NCBI GenBank assembly: GCA_903843285.1 | Contig: CAIMPC010000007.1 | Coordinates: 92,730 to 156,729 of the forward strand | From: Candidatus Omnitrophota bacterium | GTDB taxonomy: Bacteria; Omnitrophota; Gorgyraeia; 2-01-FULL-45-10 | DNA: 64,000 nucleotides | Direction: 5' to 3' | Shown: in pieces, positions 18,600 to 28,240 of the stretch | Layout: each line of letters begins with the position of its first letter | Numbering within the stretch: position 1 is the stretch's first letter | Position numbers and translations under genes: made by a program | Notes under the pieces: generated by a model | What the model saw: the letters and a program-made list of their open reading frames with translations, nothing else | Database searches by the model: none | What the model was told of the DNA's origin: nothing

Positions 18600-19610
18600 A
18601 TGACCGACAAGAGAGATGTTTCACGCGTACTGATAACCGGCATCTACGGTTCAGGCGCCAGTTACCTGGCGGAATACATAGTTCAGAACCATCCGAAGGT
18701 AGAAGTCCATGGGATAGCACGTTGGCATAGCACTGCGCAGATTAAGAATATAGAAGCGATCCGTGATAAGCTGTCGATCCATGAAGCAGATCTTATGGAT
18801 CTCGGTTCCGTCCTAAACGTAATGGAGAGCGTGAAGCCGGACGTTATCTTTCATTTGGCGGCTTACGCAAACGTGAGGGCCTCATTCATCACGCCATATA
18901 GCGTCATGAGCAATAACATCCTTGGGACCGTTAACCTGTTTGATGCTGTCAGGCTGGCAAAACTGGATCCTATGATCCAGCTTTGCAGTACTTCTGAAGT
19001 GTACGGGCAGGTCGATCCAAAAGACGTCCCGATCAAAGAAGGTGCACCGATACGGCCGGTCAATCCGTATTCAGTATCAAAGGCAACCCAGGACCTATTG
19101 GGGTTCAGTTACTTTAAAAGTTACGGTATGCGTATTATCCGCACCCGCATGTTCACGTATATAAATCCCCGCAGAACAGATCTTTTCGCCACATCATTCG
19201 CAAAGCAGATCGCCTGGATCGAGAAAGGCATGCAGAAGGAGCTATTGCACGGCAACCTGGACTCTGTGCGCACGATAGTCGATCCGCGGGACGGAATGCG
19301 AGCATATTGGGACGCGATAATGTTTTGCAAATTCGGTGAAACATATAATATAGGCGGCACGGTCTCTACGACGGTCGGAGAGGTCCTGAAGCGCTTAATA
19401 TCAATGAGTGATCAGGCTATACCGACACGGTTGGATCCCGCCCTTCTGCGTCCGGCGGATGTAACTCTGCAGATACCATGTGTAGATAAATTTGTAAGCC
19501 AGACTGGATGGAAGCCGAGGTACACGATGGAAGAGAGCCTCGAGTATCTTCTTTCTTATTGGCGGAAGGAAGCCGAAAAGGCCGTTAAGATGAGAGAGTT
19601 CGACAGCTAG
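18600..19610 (+). CDS. GDP-sugar 4,6-dehydratase (Gmd / GDP-manno-heptose dehydratase DmhA-like)
   Basis: ITGIYGSGASYLAEY...VHGIARW, STSEVYG, PYSVSKA and NPRRTD align with the ITGITGQDGSYLAE...VHGIKRR, STSELYG, PYAVAKL and NHESPRRG blocks of Gmd. Confidence 0.75.
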   Translation: MTDKRDVSRVLITGIYGSGASYLAEYIVQNHPKVEVHGIARWHSTAQIKNIEAIRDKLSIHEADLMDLGSVLNVMESVKPDVIFHLAAYANVRASFITPYSVMSNNILGTVNLFDAVRLAKLDPMIQLCSTSEVYGQVDPKDVPIKEGAPIRPVNPYSVSKATQDLLGFSYFKSYGMRIIRTRMFTYINPRRTDLFATSFAKQIAWIEKGMQKELLHGNLDSVRTIVDPRDGMRAYWDAIMFCKFGETYNIGGTVSTTVGEVLKRLISMSDQAIPTRLDPALLRPADVTLQIPCVDKFVSQTGWKPRYTMEESLEYLLSYWRKEAEKAVKMREFDS

Positions 19611-20324
19611 ATGAGAAGCGAAAATGATCCCGGCAGGATCGATGCCGTAATCCTCTGCGGAGGTAGAGGCGAACGTCTTAAGCGGATAGTTAAAGATAGG
19701 CCGAAGCCGATGGCCGATATTAACGGACGGCCATTCCTTGACATGGTTATAGATCATTTGTCGGACTACGGCTTTAAGCGGGTGGTATTGTGCCTGGGCT
19801 ACAAGGCCGACGTGATCCGTAAGTATTATTCAGGAAGGCACAGCAAAATAGAGATACTTTTTTCTGCGGAAGCATTTCCTCTGGGCACGGCAGGGGCGAT
19901 TAAGAATGCGGAGGCACTGATAGGCAGCGATCCGTTTCTCGTCATGAATGGTGATTCATACTGCTCCATAAATCTGCAGCGTTTCATAGATTTCCATATA
20001 AAAAAGAAGAATGTTCTTTCGATGGCTTTAACCAGATCCGTTGAAAATGAAGATTGCGGCTTTGTTCGTCTGGATCGTTCGCGAAAGATCACCAGTTTTA
20101 ACGAAAAGAATCGCACCGATAAAGATAGATACGTGAATACCGGAATATACTTATTTTCTAAGAAAGCCCTTAAGTTAATACCGCCAGGAAAGAAAATATC
20201 CCTGGAATATGAGGTCATACCAAAAATATTGAACAAAAAAATCTACGGATTCGTAACGGATGAAAGATTGACGGACATAGGCACGCCTGGCAGGTACAGG
20301 AAAGCAAAGATATGTTTTAAATGA
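19611..20324 (+). CDS. sugar-1-phosphate nucleotidyltransferase (heptose-1-phosphate guanylyltransferase HddC-like)
   Basis: AVILCGGRGERLK...KPMADINGRPFL nucleotidyltransferase N-terminal signature. Confidence 0.7.
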   Translation: MRSENDPGRIDAVILCGGRGERLKRIVKDRPKPMADINGRPFLDMVIDHLSDYGFKRVVLCLGYKADVIRKYYSGRHSKIEILFSAEAFPLGTAGAIKNAEALIGSDPFLVMNGDSYCSINLQRFIDFHIKKKNVLSMALTRSVENEDCGFVRLDRSRKITSFNEKNRTDKDRYVNTGIYLFSKKALKLIPPGKKISLEYEVIPKILNKKIYGFVTDERLTDIGTPGRYRKAKICFK

Positions 20325-20364
20325 TTATTTTTGATCGGTTATCGGTAAGGAAATAACAGGAGAG

Positions 20365-21603
20365 ATGAGCGTGGCTGAAAAGAAGAACGGAAAGCGACCG
20401 GTCACAGTGCCTTTTGGGACTTTGTCGATTAATGGTAAGTCCAGGGCTCTGGTGAATAAGGTTCTCGACTCCAATAGGGTCTCTTGCGGAAAATATGTCA
20501 GAGAGTTCGAGAAGAGGTTTGCCGAGCTGGTCGGTGCTAAAGAAGCAGTTGCGCTAAGCTCAGGCACGGACGCAGACGCGCTTGCCCTGGCGGTGCTATA
20601 CGACTTCGGCGCGCATCGAGGGGACGAGGTCATAGTTCCGGCCCTGTCGTTCGTAGCAACGGGCAACGCGGTGCTGCAAGCCGGTTTTACTTCTGTCTTT
20701 GTCGACATTGAGAGAAATACACTAAATATAGACCCTTTAAAGATCGAAGCGGCGATCACTAATAAGACCAGGGCCCTGATGCCGGTGCACTTGATCGGTA
20801 AACCCGCAGCCATGGACGCGATAAATAGGATAGCTAAAAGGCATAAGCTCATAGTTATCGAAGACGCTGCAGAGGCGCATGGGGCGGAATACAAAGGACG
20901 TAATGCCGGCACGCTCGGTGACATGGCGGCCTTCAGCCTTTATGTGGCGCACATCATAACGTCGATCGAAGGCGGCATAGTCACAACCAACCGCAAAGAT
21001 TATGCGGAGATATTAAGGTCGCTTCGGTCGCATGGCCGGGCATGTAAATGCGATAAGTGCGTGCTCAATACCGCTTCAGCATATTGTGCCAAGAGATTTA
21101 AATACGGATCCAGTAATGATATAAGGTTTGTTTTTGAGCGCATAGGATATTCAAGTAAAATGAACGAATTGGAGGCCGCAATAGGCCTTGGCAACCTGAG
21201 CGACTACCACAGCATATTAGCTCGTAGGAGAAAGAACCTGGGTTATCTTACCGATAAGTTTAAAAGATTCGCTCCTTACTTGCTGACGATCGAGGCTGGT
21301 GCCAAAGAAAAAATAGGGCCGCACGCGTTTCCGGTGATAATCCAGGAGTGTGCTCCGTTCACCAGGGAAGATATGACCGCTTATCTGGAAAAAAATGGCG
21401 TTGAGACGAGAACATTATTTTCGTCTATGCCTACCCAGTGCCCCGGCTACAAATTTTTGGGTTACGAATTGGGTGATTTTCCGAATGCCGAGTATATAGG
21501 CAATAACGGATTTCATATAGGTGTCCATCAGGATCTGAAACAGAGGGAGCTGGATTACTTCCTCAAGTCTGTAGCGGATTTTTTGTCAGATAAAATAAGG
21601 TGA
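20365..21603 (+). CDS. DegT/DnrJ/EryC1 family PLP/PMP enzyme of the 3-dehydratase type (ColD / E1-like)
   Basis: The active-site block SLYVAHIITSIEGG has His where aminotransferases carry the Schiff-base Lys, as in ColD and CDP-4-keto-6-deoxyglucose 3-dehydrase E1. It follows a Gmd-like gene. There is an extra 4-Cys insertion CKCDKC...C. Confidence 0.7.
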   Translation: MSVAEKKNGKRPVTVPFGTLSINGKSRALVNKVLDSNRVSCGKYVREFEKRFAELVGAKEAVALSSGTDADALALAVLYDFGAHRGDEVIVPALSFVATGNAVLQAGFTSVFVDIERNTLNIDPLKIEAAITNKTRALMPVHLIGKPAAMDAINRIAKRHKLIVIEDAAEAHGAEYKGRNAGTLGDMAAFSLYVAHIITSIEGGIVTTNRKDYAEILRSLRSHGRACKCDKCVLNTASAYCAKRFKYGSSNDIRFVFERIGYSSKMNELEAAIGLGNLSDYHSILARRRKNLGYLTDKFKRFAPYLLTIEAGAKEKIGPHAFPVIIQECAPFTREDMTAYLEKNGVETRTLFSSMPTQCPGYKFLGYELGDFPNAEYIGNNGFHIGVHQDLKQRELDYFLKSVADFLSDKIR

Positions 21604-21614
21604 CGTAAGATATT

Positions 21615-23885
21615 ATGGATAGAATCTCTGACAGAGCTGAATCGGTCGGGATCCCGAACCGGATCAAGACAATTTATGTATGCACAGCCGTTCTATTGAT
21701 AAGCGTATTTATAGCCCTGCTTTATCGTCCTATACAAGCCGCGTTTCACGAGCACGATCTCCTATTTATGATGCCTGTCATGTCTTCCATCCCGGCGGGC
21801 CAGTCTTTTTTTGAAAGTATAAAAGTATTTCTTTATAATCCGTACACGATGGTTTTCGGTGACCCATGGATGAATACTTATTTGTCAGTGGTGTTAGCCG
21901 TTTTTGGATTTCAAACAAAGTACTACATTTTTACGTCTATAGCGCTCCACTTTTTATGCGCTCTATTTTTGTATCTTGTCCTACGAATGATAGATTTTGA
22001 TTTCAGAGTTGCCTTTTTTTCGAGCCTCGTGTATTTAACGTTATTTATTCATTTCGGTTATTATTTCTTTCCCATGGCAACCCATCATGTCTTCGTGATC
22101 TTCTTTAGTTTACTGATCATGTACCTTTATTTTAGTACGATGAAAAAAATCGACGAAGATCGTAATTGGAGGTATTTGTTTTGGCTCACGATCTCCGCTA
22201 ACTTCCTGGCGTCTTTTTGCCAGATAACGATCCTTATTTTACCTATCGGCATTCTGTCGCACATTCTAATATCTTCAAATGACGTGGCGGATAGATTAAA
22301 AAAATACGATATCTGGATTCCTTTATTTATAACTTATTTAGGTTACCCTCTCTTGAGAACCGCTTACACGACGTTTCCGCATCTTAAGGTATTTCTTCAT
22401 AGACAAGGTGATGCCCCCGGAGGGCATTCATTGTATTTATTGCTTTTTCTGTCAGGTATCGGTTTGCTTTCTGTTCTTAGATATATTTTAAAGTTGTCCT
22501 GTAAGTATCATTTTGGCAGGATATTGAAGATTCTTTGTGTGTCGGCGATCGTGTCTTATATCGTCGCTTTTATTATCGTATTGGGCAGAAACGATCTGAT
22601 AACGCCGAGCAAGGTAAAATTATTTGATTGGCTGTCCCCGCTTAATATCTTTCGACCCATGGCGGTGATGCTCGAAGATTTTATTTTTCCTATTAAAGCG
22701 GCGTTTTCTACGGATTCAACCGTAATATTCAATGTCATGTCTAGGCATAGTGGCGCCATCGCCTTATCGTCAGCCGTATTTATGTGCGTTATTTTCATGA
22801 AGAAGTTTTTCTTCAGGCACAAAGGCCTTATAGTGATAATGATGTTTTATATCATCGCGCTTCGCTATATGCGAATTGAGACCTCTGTTATCCGGTCGCG
22901 ATATTTTATTTATGTGACGCCTCTGTTCTGTATCGTTTTCTGCTCTTCATTTATGTATATGTACGACCTTATCATTAAAAAGACCAGATTAAAAACGATC
23001 TTTCAGGAGTTCATTTTGGCTCTTATATTTATCGGGCTTTGCATACCGAATATCTTTGCTATAAAGACAGAATTATATAGAAGTAAATTCGTAAATAATT
23101 TTCTTTCGTATGATGATATCAGAGCAGCCTATATTATAAACAACGATATTAATACTTCGGGCTCCATAAGGCTCATTAGTCCGGAAAATATATTTATTGA
23201 GGGTGTTCAGCCCATGCCGTTCATTTTTAACGAGCTTTACACCCTTGAGCTGGAGGACCATTTGAAATATGATCCATTCAGATATGTCTTAGCCCAGACG
23301 CTTGACAATAGATCAGTGCTTCATGTAAGTGTCAATATGGGTAAGCCGGGCGATATGAAAGGAAAATTGTTATTTAATATTAGTGGGCCCAGGATATACG
23401 ATTCAAAAGGCTTAAATATTGACAGATTTAGCTCGTGTTTTGACGATGCTATGCGAGAGCTGAGGCTTGGCGATTACAAAAAGGCCTATGTGCTGTTCAG
23501 GAAAGCCATTGGGATGAGGCCATTTTTGCTGAATTATATATTATCCAAGAACGACTTGAAAGAGCTGAAATGTATTACTGGCGAACGTGACCTAAAAAGC
23601 TGGGTTAAAGTTATAGTGAATTATTATGAGACCACCGGTGGTAATGAAAAGAAAGCGATGAGTAACTCAGCTCTTATTAACGATGAGATAGACGAGTATA
23701 TTAGATGCATTGTTTACGCGGCATATTTAAGCTATATTGCCGGTGAGCGGGAAGAAGGCAATAGGCTCTTGGAGCAGATAAGATACATTGAAAATGACCA
23801 GAATAAGGTACTGGCATTATTGAATAATGAGTCATCAATCCAGTCTGAGCATATCTTACAAGCGTTTTCCTCGAATAGTCCTTAA
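21615..23885 (+). CDS. large polytopic membrane protein with a C-terminal soluble TPR-like region (possible GT-C-fold transferase or polymerase)
   Basis: Many hydrophobic segments in the first roughly 500 aa. C-terminal hydrophilic region with TPR-like repeats. Confidence 0.4.
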   Translation: MDRISDRAESVGIPNRIKTIYVCTAVLLISVFIALLYRPIQAAFHEHDLLFMMPVMSSIPAGQSFFESIKVFLYNPYTMVFGDPWMNTYLSVVLAVFGFQTKYYIFTSIALHFLCALFLYLVLRMIDFDFRVAFFSSLVYLTLFIHFGYYFFPMATHHVFVIFFSLLIMYLYFSTMKKIDEDRNWRYLFWLTISANFLASFCQITILILPIGILSHILISSNDVADRLKKYDIWIPLFITYLGYPLLRTAYTTFPHLKVFLHRQGDAPGGHSLYLLLFLSGIGLLSVLRYILKLSCKYHFGRILKILCVSAIVSYIVAFIIVLGRNDLITPSKVKLFDWLSPLNIFRPMAVMLEDFIFPIKAAFSTDSTVIFNVMSRHSGAIALSSAVFMCVIFMKKFFFRHKGLIVIMMFYIIALRYMRIETSVIRSRYFIYVTPLFCIVFCSSFMYMYDLIIKKTRLKTIFQEFILALIFIGLCIPNIFAIKTELYRSKFVNNFLSYDDIRAAYIINNDINTSGSIRLISPENIFIEGVQPMPFIFNELYTLELEDHLKYDPFRYVLAQTLDNRSVLHVSVNMGKPGDMKGKLLFNISGPRIYDSKGLNIDRFSSCFDDAMRELRLGDYKKAYVLFRKAIGMRPFLLNYILSKNDLKELKCITGERDLKSWVKVIVNYYETTGGNEKKAMSNSALINDEIDEYIRCIVYAAYLSYIAGEREEGNRLLEQIRYIENDQNKVLALLNNESSIQSEHILQAFSSNSP

Positions 23886-23928
23886 CTTGCTTCCCGGCAA
23901 ATATTTGCAGTCAAAAGACATTATTATA

Positions 23929-23957
23929 TTGACAAAGTTATCGGCAGATAGTATTAT
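23929..23957 (+). promoter_or_regulatory. sigma70-like promoter: -35 TTGACA (23929-23934), 17-nt spacer, -10 TATTAT (23952-23957)
   Basis: Read directly from the sequence in the 108-bp gap upstream of the regulator gene. RBS AAGGA lies 7 nt before ATG 23994. Confidence 0.6.
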
Positions 23958-23979
23958 CGTTTAGAACGTTATAAACGAT
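23956..23979. promoter_or_regulatory. 24-bp palindrome ATCGTTTAGAACGTTATAAACGAT (putative operator), second copy
   Basis: Same half-sites (ATCGTTTA / TAAACGAT) and same position relative to the -10 as the copy at 992-1015. Confidence 0.55.
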
Positions 23980-23993
23980 AATAAGGATAAATT

Positions 23994-24488
23994 ATGCATA
24001 ATAAGCTTGAAATGGCACAAGATAAGTTTATGGAGGGCATAGGTAAGCTGGCGGAAAGTGTTGGCGTTAGCCGCTTTATCGCCCAGTTATACGCAGTTCT
24101 ATATCTAAGTGATAGGCCTTTATCCCTGGATGATCTAGTTGAACGTCTAAAAGCAAGCAAAGGCAATATAAGCCTCAATATAAGGGAGCTTGAAAAGTGG
24201 GGAGGCGTTAAGAACATTTGGGTTAAAGGCTCACGCAAGGACTATTATGAAGCGGACCCCGATATTAAGAAATTTGTTCTTAAGAAGATCAGGTCCGGGG
24301 TCCAGAAAAGGATAGGGCAGGTTACGGATATGATGGATGAGTTTAAAGAATTGATAAACTCCGGTAATGATGAAATGGGTGACGAAGATAAGATGATAGT
24401 AAAAACGTATCATGAAAAACTGAAGAATATTGAAAATATGAAGAGCCTGGCCGACAAAGCGCTTATGCTGGCCGATAAATTATTATAA
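23994..24488 (+). CDS. winged-helix transcriptional regulator, GbsR/COG1510 (MarR-like) family
   Basis: RFIAQLYAVLYLSDRPLSLDDLVERLKASKGNISLNIRELEKWGGV...WVKGSRKDYYEA matches the characteristic HTH and RKDYYEA block of COG1510 regulators. Confidence 0.55.
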   Translation: MHNKLEMAQDKFMEGIGKLAESVGVSRFIAQLYAVLYLSDRPLSLDDLVERLKASKGNISLNIRELEKWGGVKNIWVKGSRKDYYEADPDIKKFVLKKIRSGVQKRIGQVTDMMDEFKELINSGNDEMGDEDKMIVKTYHEKLKNIENMKSLADKALMLADKLL

Positions 24489-25556
24489 GTGCGTATGAAA
24501 AAGACGAGAAAAACATGTAAGCAGAATGAAATAAGAATAGGCAAGAGACAAGTCGGTGCCGCCTATCCTCCGCTAGTGATCGCCGAGATAGGCATTAATC
24601 ACGAGGGAGTATTCGAAAAGGCCGTCAAGATGATAGACGACGCTGCCAGGGTAGGGTGCGAGTGCGTTAAGTTCCAGTCTCATATTATTGATGATGAGAT
24701 GATCCCGAATCGGGTTATCCCGGCAAACGCGAAAGAATCGATATGGGAGATAATGGATCGTTGTGCCCTGTCGGAGAATGAAGAGGCCAAGCTGAAAGAA
24801 TATACCGAATCAAAAGGGATGATATTCTTAAGTACGCCTTTTTCCAGGGCCGCGGCAGAGAGATTGAAAAGGATCGGACTTGCTGCCTATAAGATAGGAT
24901 CTGGAGAGTGCAATAATTACCCGCTGGTCGAACACATATCCCGATATGGCAAACCGGTGATCCTTTCGACAGGAATGAATAATATTAAAAGCATAGGGAG
25001 ATCCGTAAGGATATTGAATGATGCCGATGTTCCGCTTGCTATCATGCACTGCACAAGTATGTACCCTACCCCTTACAATAAGATCCGTCTGGGAGCTATC
25101 GCCGAGCTTAAAGCTGCGTTCCCGATAGCGGTGGTGGGGCTATCCGATCACTCGCTATCTAACTATCCCTGTCTTGCGGCTGTGGCTCTAGGGGCTAGCC
25201 TTATTGAAAGGCATTTTACATCCGATAAGAGATGGCCTGGACCCGATATTCCAATTTCAATGGATCCGAAAGAGCTAAGGGAGCTTATCGAGGGCAGTAG
25301 GGCAATTCACGAAAGCCTTGGCGGGTCCAAGAATATACTGAAAGAGGAGCAGCCCACAATAGATTTTGCCTATGCCTGCGTAGTAGCTACGCGCGATATT
25401 GCGGCCGGGGAGCGTTTCAGCGCTGACAATATTTGGGTTAAACGGCCTGGCACCGGGCAGATAAAGGCAGAACACTATAACAGAGTTCTGAATAAGAGAG
25501 CCAGGTCAGAGATAAAGAAGAACGAGCAAATCGTGTGGAGCAAAATAGATGGCTAA
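24489..25556 (+). CDS. neuB: nonulosonic acid (sialic acid-like) synthase, NeuB/PseI/LegI family, with C-terminal SAF domain
   Basis: PPLVIAEIGINHEG...CVKFQ TIM-barrel N-terminus and C-terminal antifreeze-like domain (ATRDIAAGERF...WVKRPGTG). Family-level call only. Confidence 0.8.
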   Translation: MRMKKTRKTCKQNEIRIGKRQVGAAYPPLVIAEIGINHEGVFEKAVKMIDDAARVGCECVKFQSHIIDDEMIPNRVIPANAKESIWEIMDRCALSENEEAKLKEYTESKGMIFLSTPFSRAAAERLKRIGLAAYKIGSGECNNYPLVEHISRYGKPVILSTGMNNIKSIGRSVRILNDADVPLAIMHCTSMYPTPYNKIRLGAIAELKAAFPIAVVGLSDHSLSNYPCLAAVALGASLIERHFTSDKRWPGPDIPISMDPKELRELIEGSRAIHESLGGSKNILKEEQPTIDFAYACVVATRDIAAGERFSADNIWVKRPGTGQIKAEHYNRVLNKRARSEIKKNEQIVWSKIDG

Positions 25557-25602
25557 GCAGATACTATTTAAGTAGTCGGTTTATGTTGAAGGAGCTATAA
25601 AG

Positions 25603-27084
25603 ATGAGCATTAAAATTCTCTTAATATCCTGTGCCTGTCCCGAACCGTCATCCCCATCGCTGGGGGTTACGTCAATAGCGACCCATCTATTATCAAAAGG
25701 AATCGAGACCAGGGTGTTTGATGATGGGCCCTATATGTTGGATATTGCCGATGTGAAAACTGACCCTCGCGAGCTGATATTGTCTGTTCAAAAAACCGAT
25801 TCAATGCAGCTTTACCGGCTCGATTACGACAAACGATTTTCAGATCTACTTGCCATGGTGAAAGAGTTCAAGCCCGATCTGATAGGAGCGTCGTCGACTG
25901 AGGCTACATTTTATAACGCCATTGCCTATTTCAAAAAAATTAAAGAATGCCACCCTAATATTAAGACAATGCTTGGAGGCGCTTTTGCGATACTTGCGCC
26001 GGACATAGCGATCGCACAGGAAAGTGTGGATATGGTCGCGCTTGGCGAAGGAGAAACGATCCTTGAGGAGTATTGCATGCGCAGCGCATCCGACGATAAT
26101 CCTATCGATACAAAAGGCATATGGGCCAAGGATCCGGATGGCAAGATTCACAAAAATGCGATGTCAGAGCTGACTGCTATTGATAAGACTCCACCGCTTA
26201 AGTTTGATCTGTATCCTGCTAAGAGGCTCTTGCGCCCGATAAGCGGTGCAGTGAGGCGGATGCTTCCTCTTGAGGTAAGCCGCGGTTGCATGTATAACTG
26301 TACCTATTGCGGATCGTCGGGCATGGCTTCCAAGTTTAAGCTTCAAGGCAACTGGAACCGCTTTAAGAGCATAGAGAGCATAGAAGAGGCCATAGGGGCG
26401 TATGTGAAGCTCTATCGTCCGGAGTATTTCTTTGTTATCTCGGAAACATTTTTAGCGATGAAAGATGATTATTTTGACAGATTTATAAGGATGTACGGTA
26501 AATTTAAAGTACCGTTCTGGATGAATACCAGGCCCGAAACTATAAGTGAAGACAGGATAATGCGACTGAAGGAAGTAGGACTAGAGAGGGTAAGCGTCGG
26601 AGTAGAATGCGGGAATGAGTCATACCGGAGGGAACGTCTCAACCGTAAGCATTCGAACGCGCTTCTTATAAAAGTATTTGAGATTCTGAGAAAATATGAT
26701 CTCAAGACGTCGGCGAATGTGATGATCGGCCTTCCGGACGAAACGCGTGAGCTAATATTCGACTCGATTAGGTTAGTCAAGCTTCTCAAGGCTTCGGGCT
26801 TGGGATTAGCTATATACCAGCCATACAAAGGGACAGCTCTTTATAATCATGTTATTGAGAAAGGGTATTATGATCCTGCCAAGATAGCTGATACGACATG
26901 TTACACCCCTAGCATCTTCAATCCTAATTTATCAAACAAGGAAATAATGAAGTTTCTTTATATTTTTAATCTATACGTCAAGATGGATGAGGCGGAATGG
27001 CCCAAACTGGATAGTATCGATCTTGAGACAGAACGGGGATGGCCGCGACTAAAAGAATTGTTGGAGCAGTATGCTTCCTGTTGA
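25603..27084 (+). CDS. cobalamin-binding (class B) radical SAM protein
   Basis: B12-domain-like N-terminus. SRGCMYNCTYC radical SAM motif. Confidence 0.75.
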   Translation: MSIKILLISCACPEPSSPSLGVTSIATHLLSKGIETRVFDDGPYMLDIADVKTDPRELILSVQKTDSMQLYRLDYDKRFSDLLAMVKEFKPDLIGASSTEATFYNAIAYFKKIKECHPNIKTMLGGAFAILAPDIAIAQESVDMVALGEGETILEEYCMRSASDDNPIDTKGIWAKDPDGKIHKNAMSELTAIDKTPPLKFDLYPAKRLLRPISGAVRRMLPLEVSRGCMYNCTYCGSSGMASKFKLQGNWNRFKSIESIEEAIGAYVKLYRPEYFFVISETFLAMKDDYFDRFIRMYGKFKVPFWMNTRPETISEDRIMRLKEVGLERVSVGVECGNESYRRERLNRKHSNALLIKVFEILRKYDLKTSANVMIGLPDETRELIFDSIRLVKLLKASGLGLAIYQPYKGTALYNHVIEKGYYDPAKIADTTCYTPSIFNPNLSNKEIMKFLYIFNLYVKMDEAEWPKLDSIDLETERGWPRLKELLEQYASC

Positions 27085-27111
27085 ACTTAAAGAATTGACG
27101 GAGGTGTGTAG

Positions 27112-28236
27112 TTGATCAGGAGAATATTCTTCATAACGGGTACGAGGGCTGATTTTGGTAAGCTGAAACCGCTTATAAAAGCCATGCAGAACGATAAGGA
27201 GCTTGAGCCGTATATCTTTGTTACGGGGATGCACATGTATCCCAAGTACGGTTTTACGGGCGAAGAGGTTGCGGGGTGCGGTTTTAAAAATATCTTTAAC
27301 TATATAAACCAGAAGCCGAACGATAGCATGGACACTATCCTCGCTAACACTATCCTGGGTTTAAGCAATTACCTTGTAATTCAAAAGCCTGATATGGTCG
27401 TGATCCATGGCGACCGCGTCGAAGCGCTTGCGGGCGCTATAGTCGGCGCGCTTAATAATATCATAGTTGCGCATATAGAGGGCGGTGAGATCTCGGGTAC
27501 AATCGATGAGTCGATCCGTCACGCTGTATCTAAGCTGGCGCATCTCCACTTTGTATCCAATAACCAGGCGAAGAAGAGGCTTCTTCAGATGGGTGAGTCT
27601 GAGCGCAACATTTACGTTATCGGTTCACCGGATATAGATCTGATGTTATCACCCGACTTGATTAGCATATCGGAAGTAAAGAGACATTATGACATACCTT
27701 TCAAGCGGTACGCTATTCTTGCCTATCACCCGGTCACTACGAGCCTCCACGCGTTAATAAAGAACACACGTGAGCTTCTGAAGGCTGTGATTGATTCCGG
27801 GGAGAATTATGTGGTGATCTATCCGAATAATGATCCCGGAGCGGACATTATCTTGGAAGAGTATGCTATGCTCAAAAATAACAGTCAATTAAGGATATTT
27901 CCGTCTATCAGATTTGAGTATTTCCTTACGCTGTTGAAGAATTGTGAATTCATAATTGGAAATTCAAGCGCCGGAATACGGGAGGCACCATTCTATGCTG
28001 TGCCCACCATCAATGTCGGCAGCCGTCAGAAAGGGCGTTTTTCATACGAAACTATAATTGATGTTGACGACTCCGCCGAGGCCATACTTGCGGCCGTTGG
28101 AAGGGTTAAAAAGGTGAAGGGGGTCAGTTCCAATCATTTTGGTGACGGCAAAAGTAGCGAGAAGTTCTTAAAGGTTCTCCGTGAAGATCAAACGTGGAAT
28201 GTTACTATACAGAAGTTTTTTATGGACAGGGTCTAA
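27112..28236 (+). CDS. neuC: UDP-N-acetylglucosamine 2-epimerase (hydrolysing), NeuC family
   Basis: IFFITGTRADFGKLKPLI N-terminus and HIEGGEISGT motif typical of NeuC-type hydrolysing 2-epimerases. TTG start after a GGAGG RBS. Confidence 0.75.
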   Translation: MIRRIFFITGTRADFGKLKPLIKAMQNDKELEPYIFVTGMHMYPKYGFTGEEVAGCGFKNIFNYINQKPNDSMDTILANTILGLSNYLVIQKPDMVVIHGDRVEALAGAIVGALNNIIVAHIEGGEISGTIDESIRHAVSKLAHLHFVSNNQAKKRLLQMGESERNIYVIGSPDIDLMLSPDLISISEVKRHYDIPFKRYAILAYHPVTTSLHALIKNTRELLKAVIDSGENYVVIYPNNDPGADIILEEYAMLKNNSQLRIFPSIRFEYFLTLLKNCEFIIGNSSAGIREAPFYAVPTINVGSRQKGRFSYETIIDVDDSAEAILAAVGRVKKVKGVSSNHFGDGKSSEKFLKVLREDQTWNVTIQKFFMDRV

Positions 28237-28240
28237 AAAT

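Noticed and set aside
20325-20924. 199-aa minus-strand ORF antisense to the ColD-like gene. Similar long antisense ORFs occur at 38623-39150, 42494-43132, 19401-19757, 7230-7742 and 38868-39332.
   Set aside because: Each lies entirely inside a + strand gene with strong family motifs. The translations are low-complexity (Ser/Pro/Ala/Leu rich) with no recognisable domains. They are most likely shadow ORFs of the coding strand.
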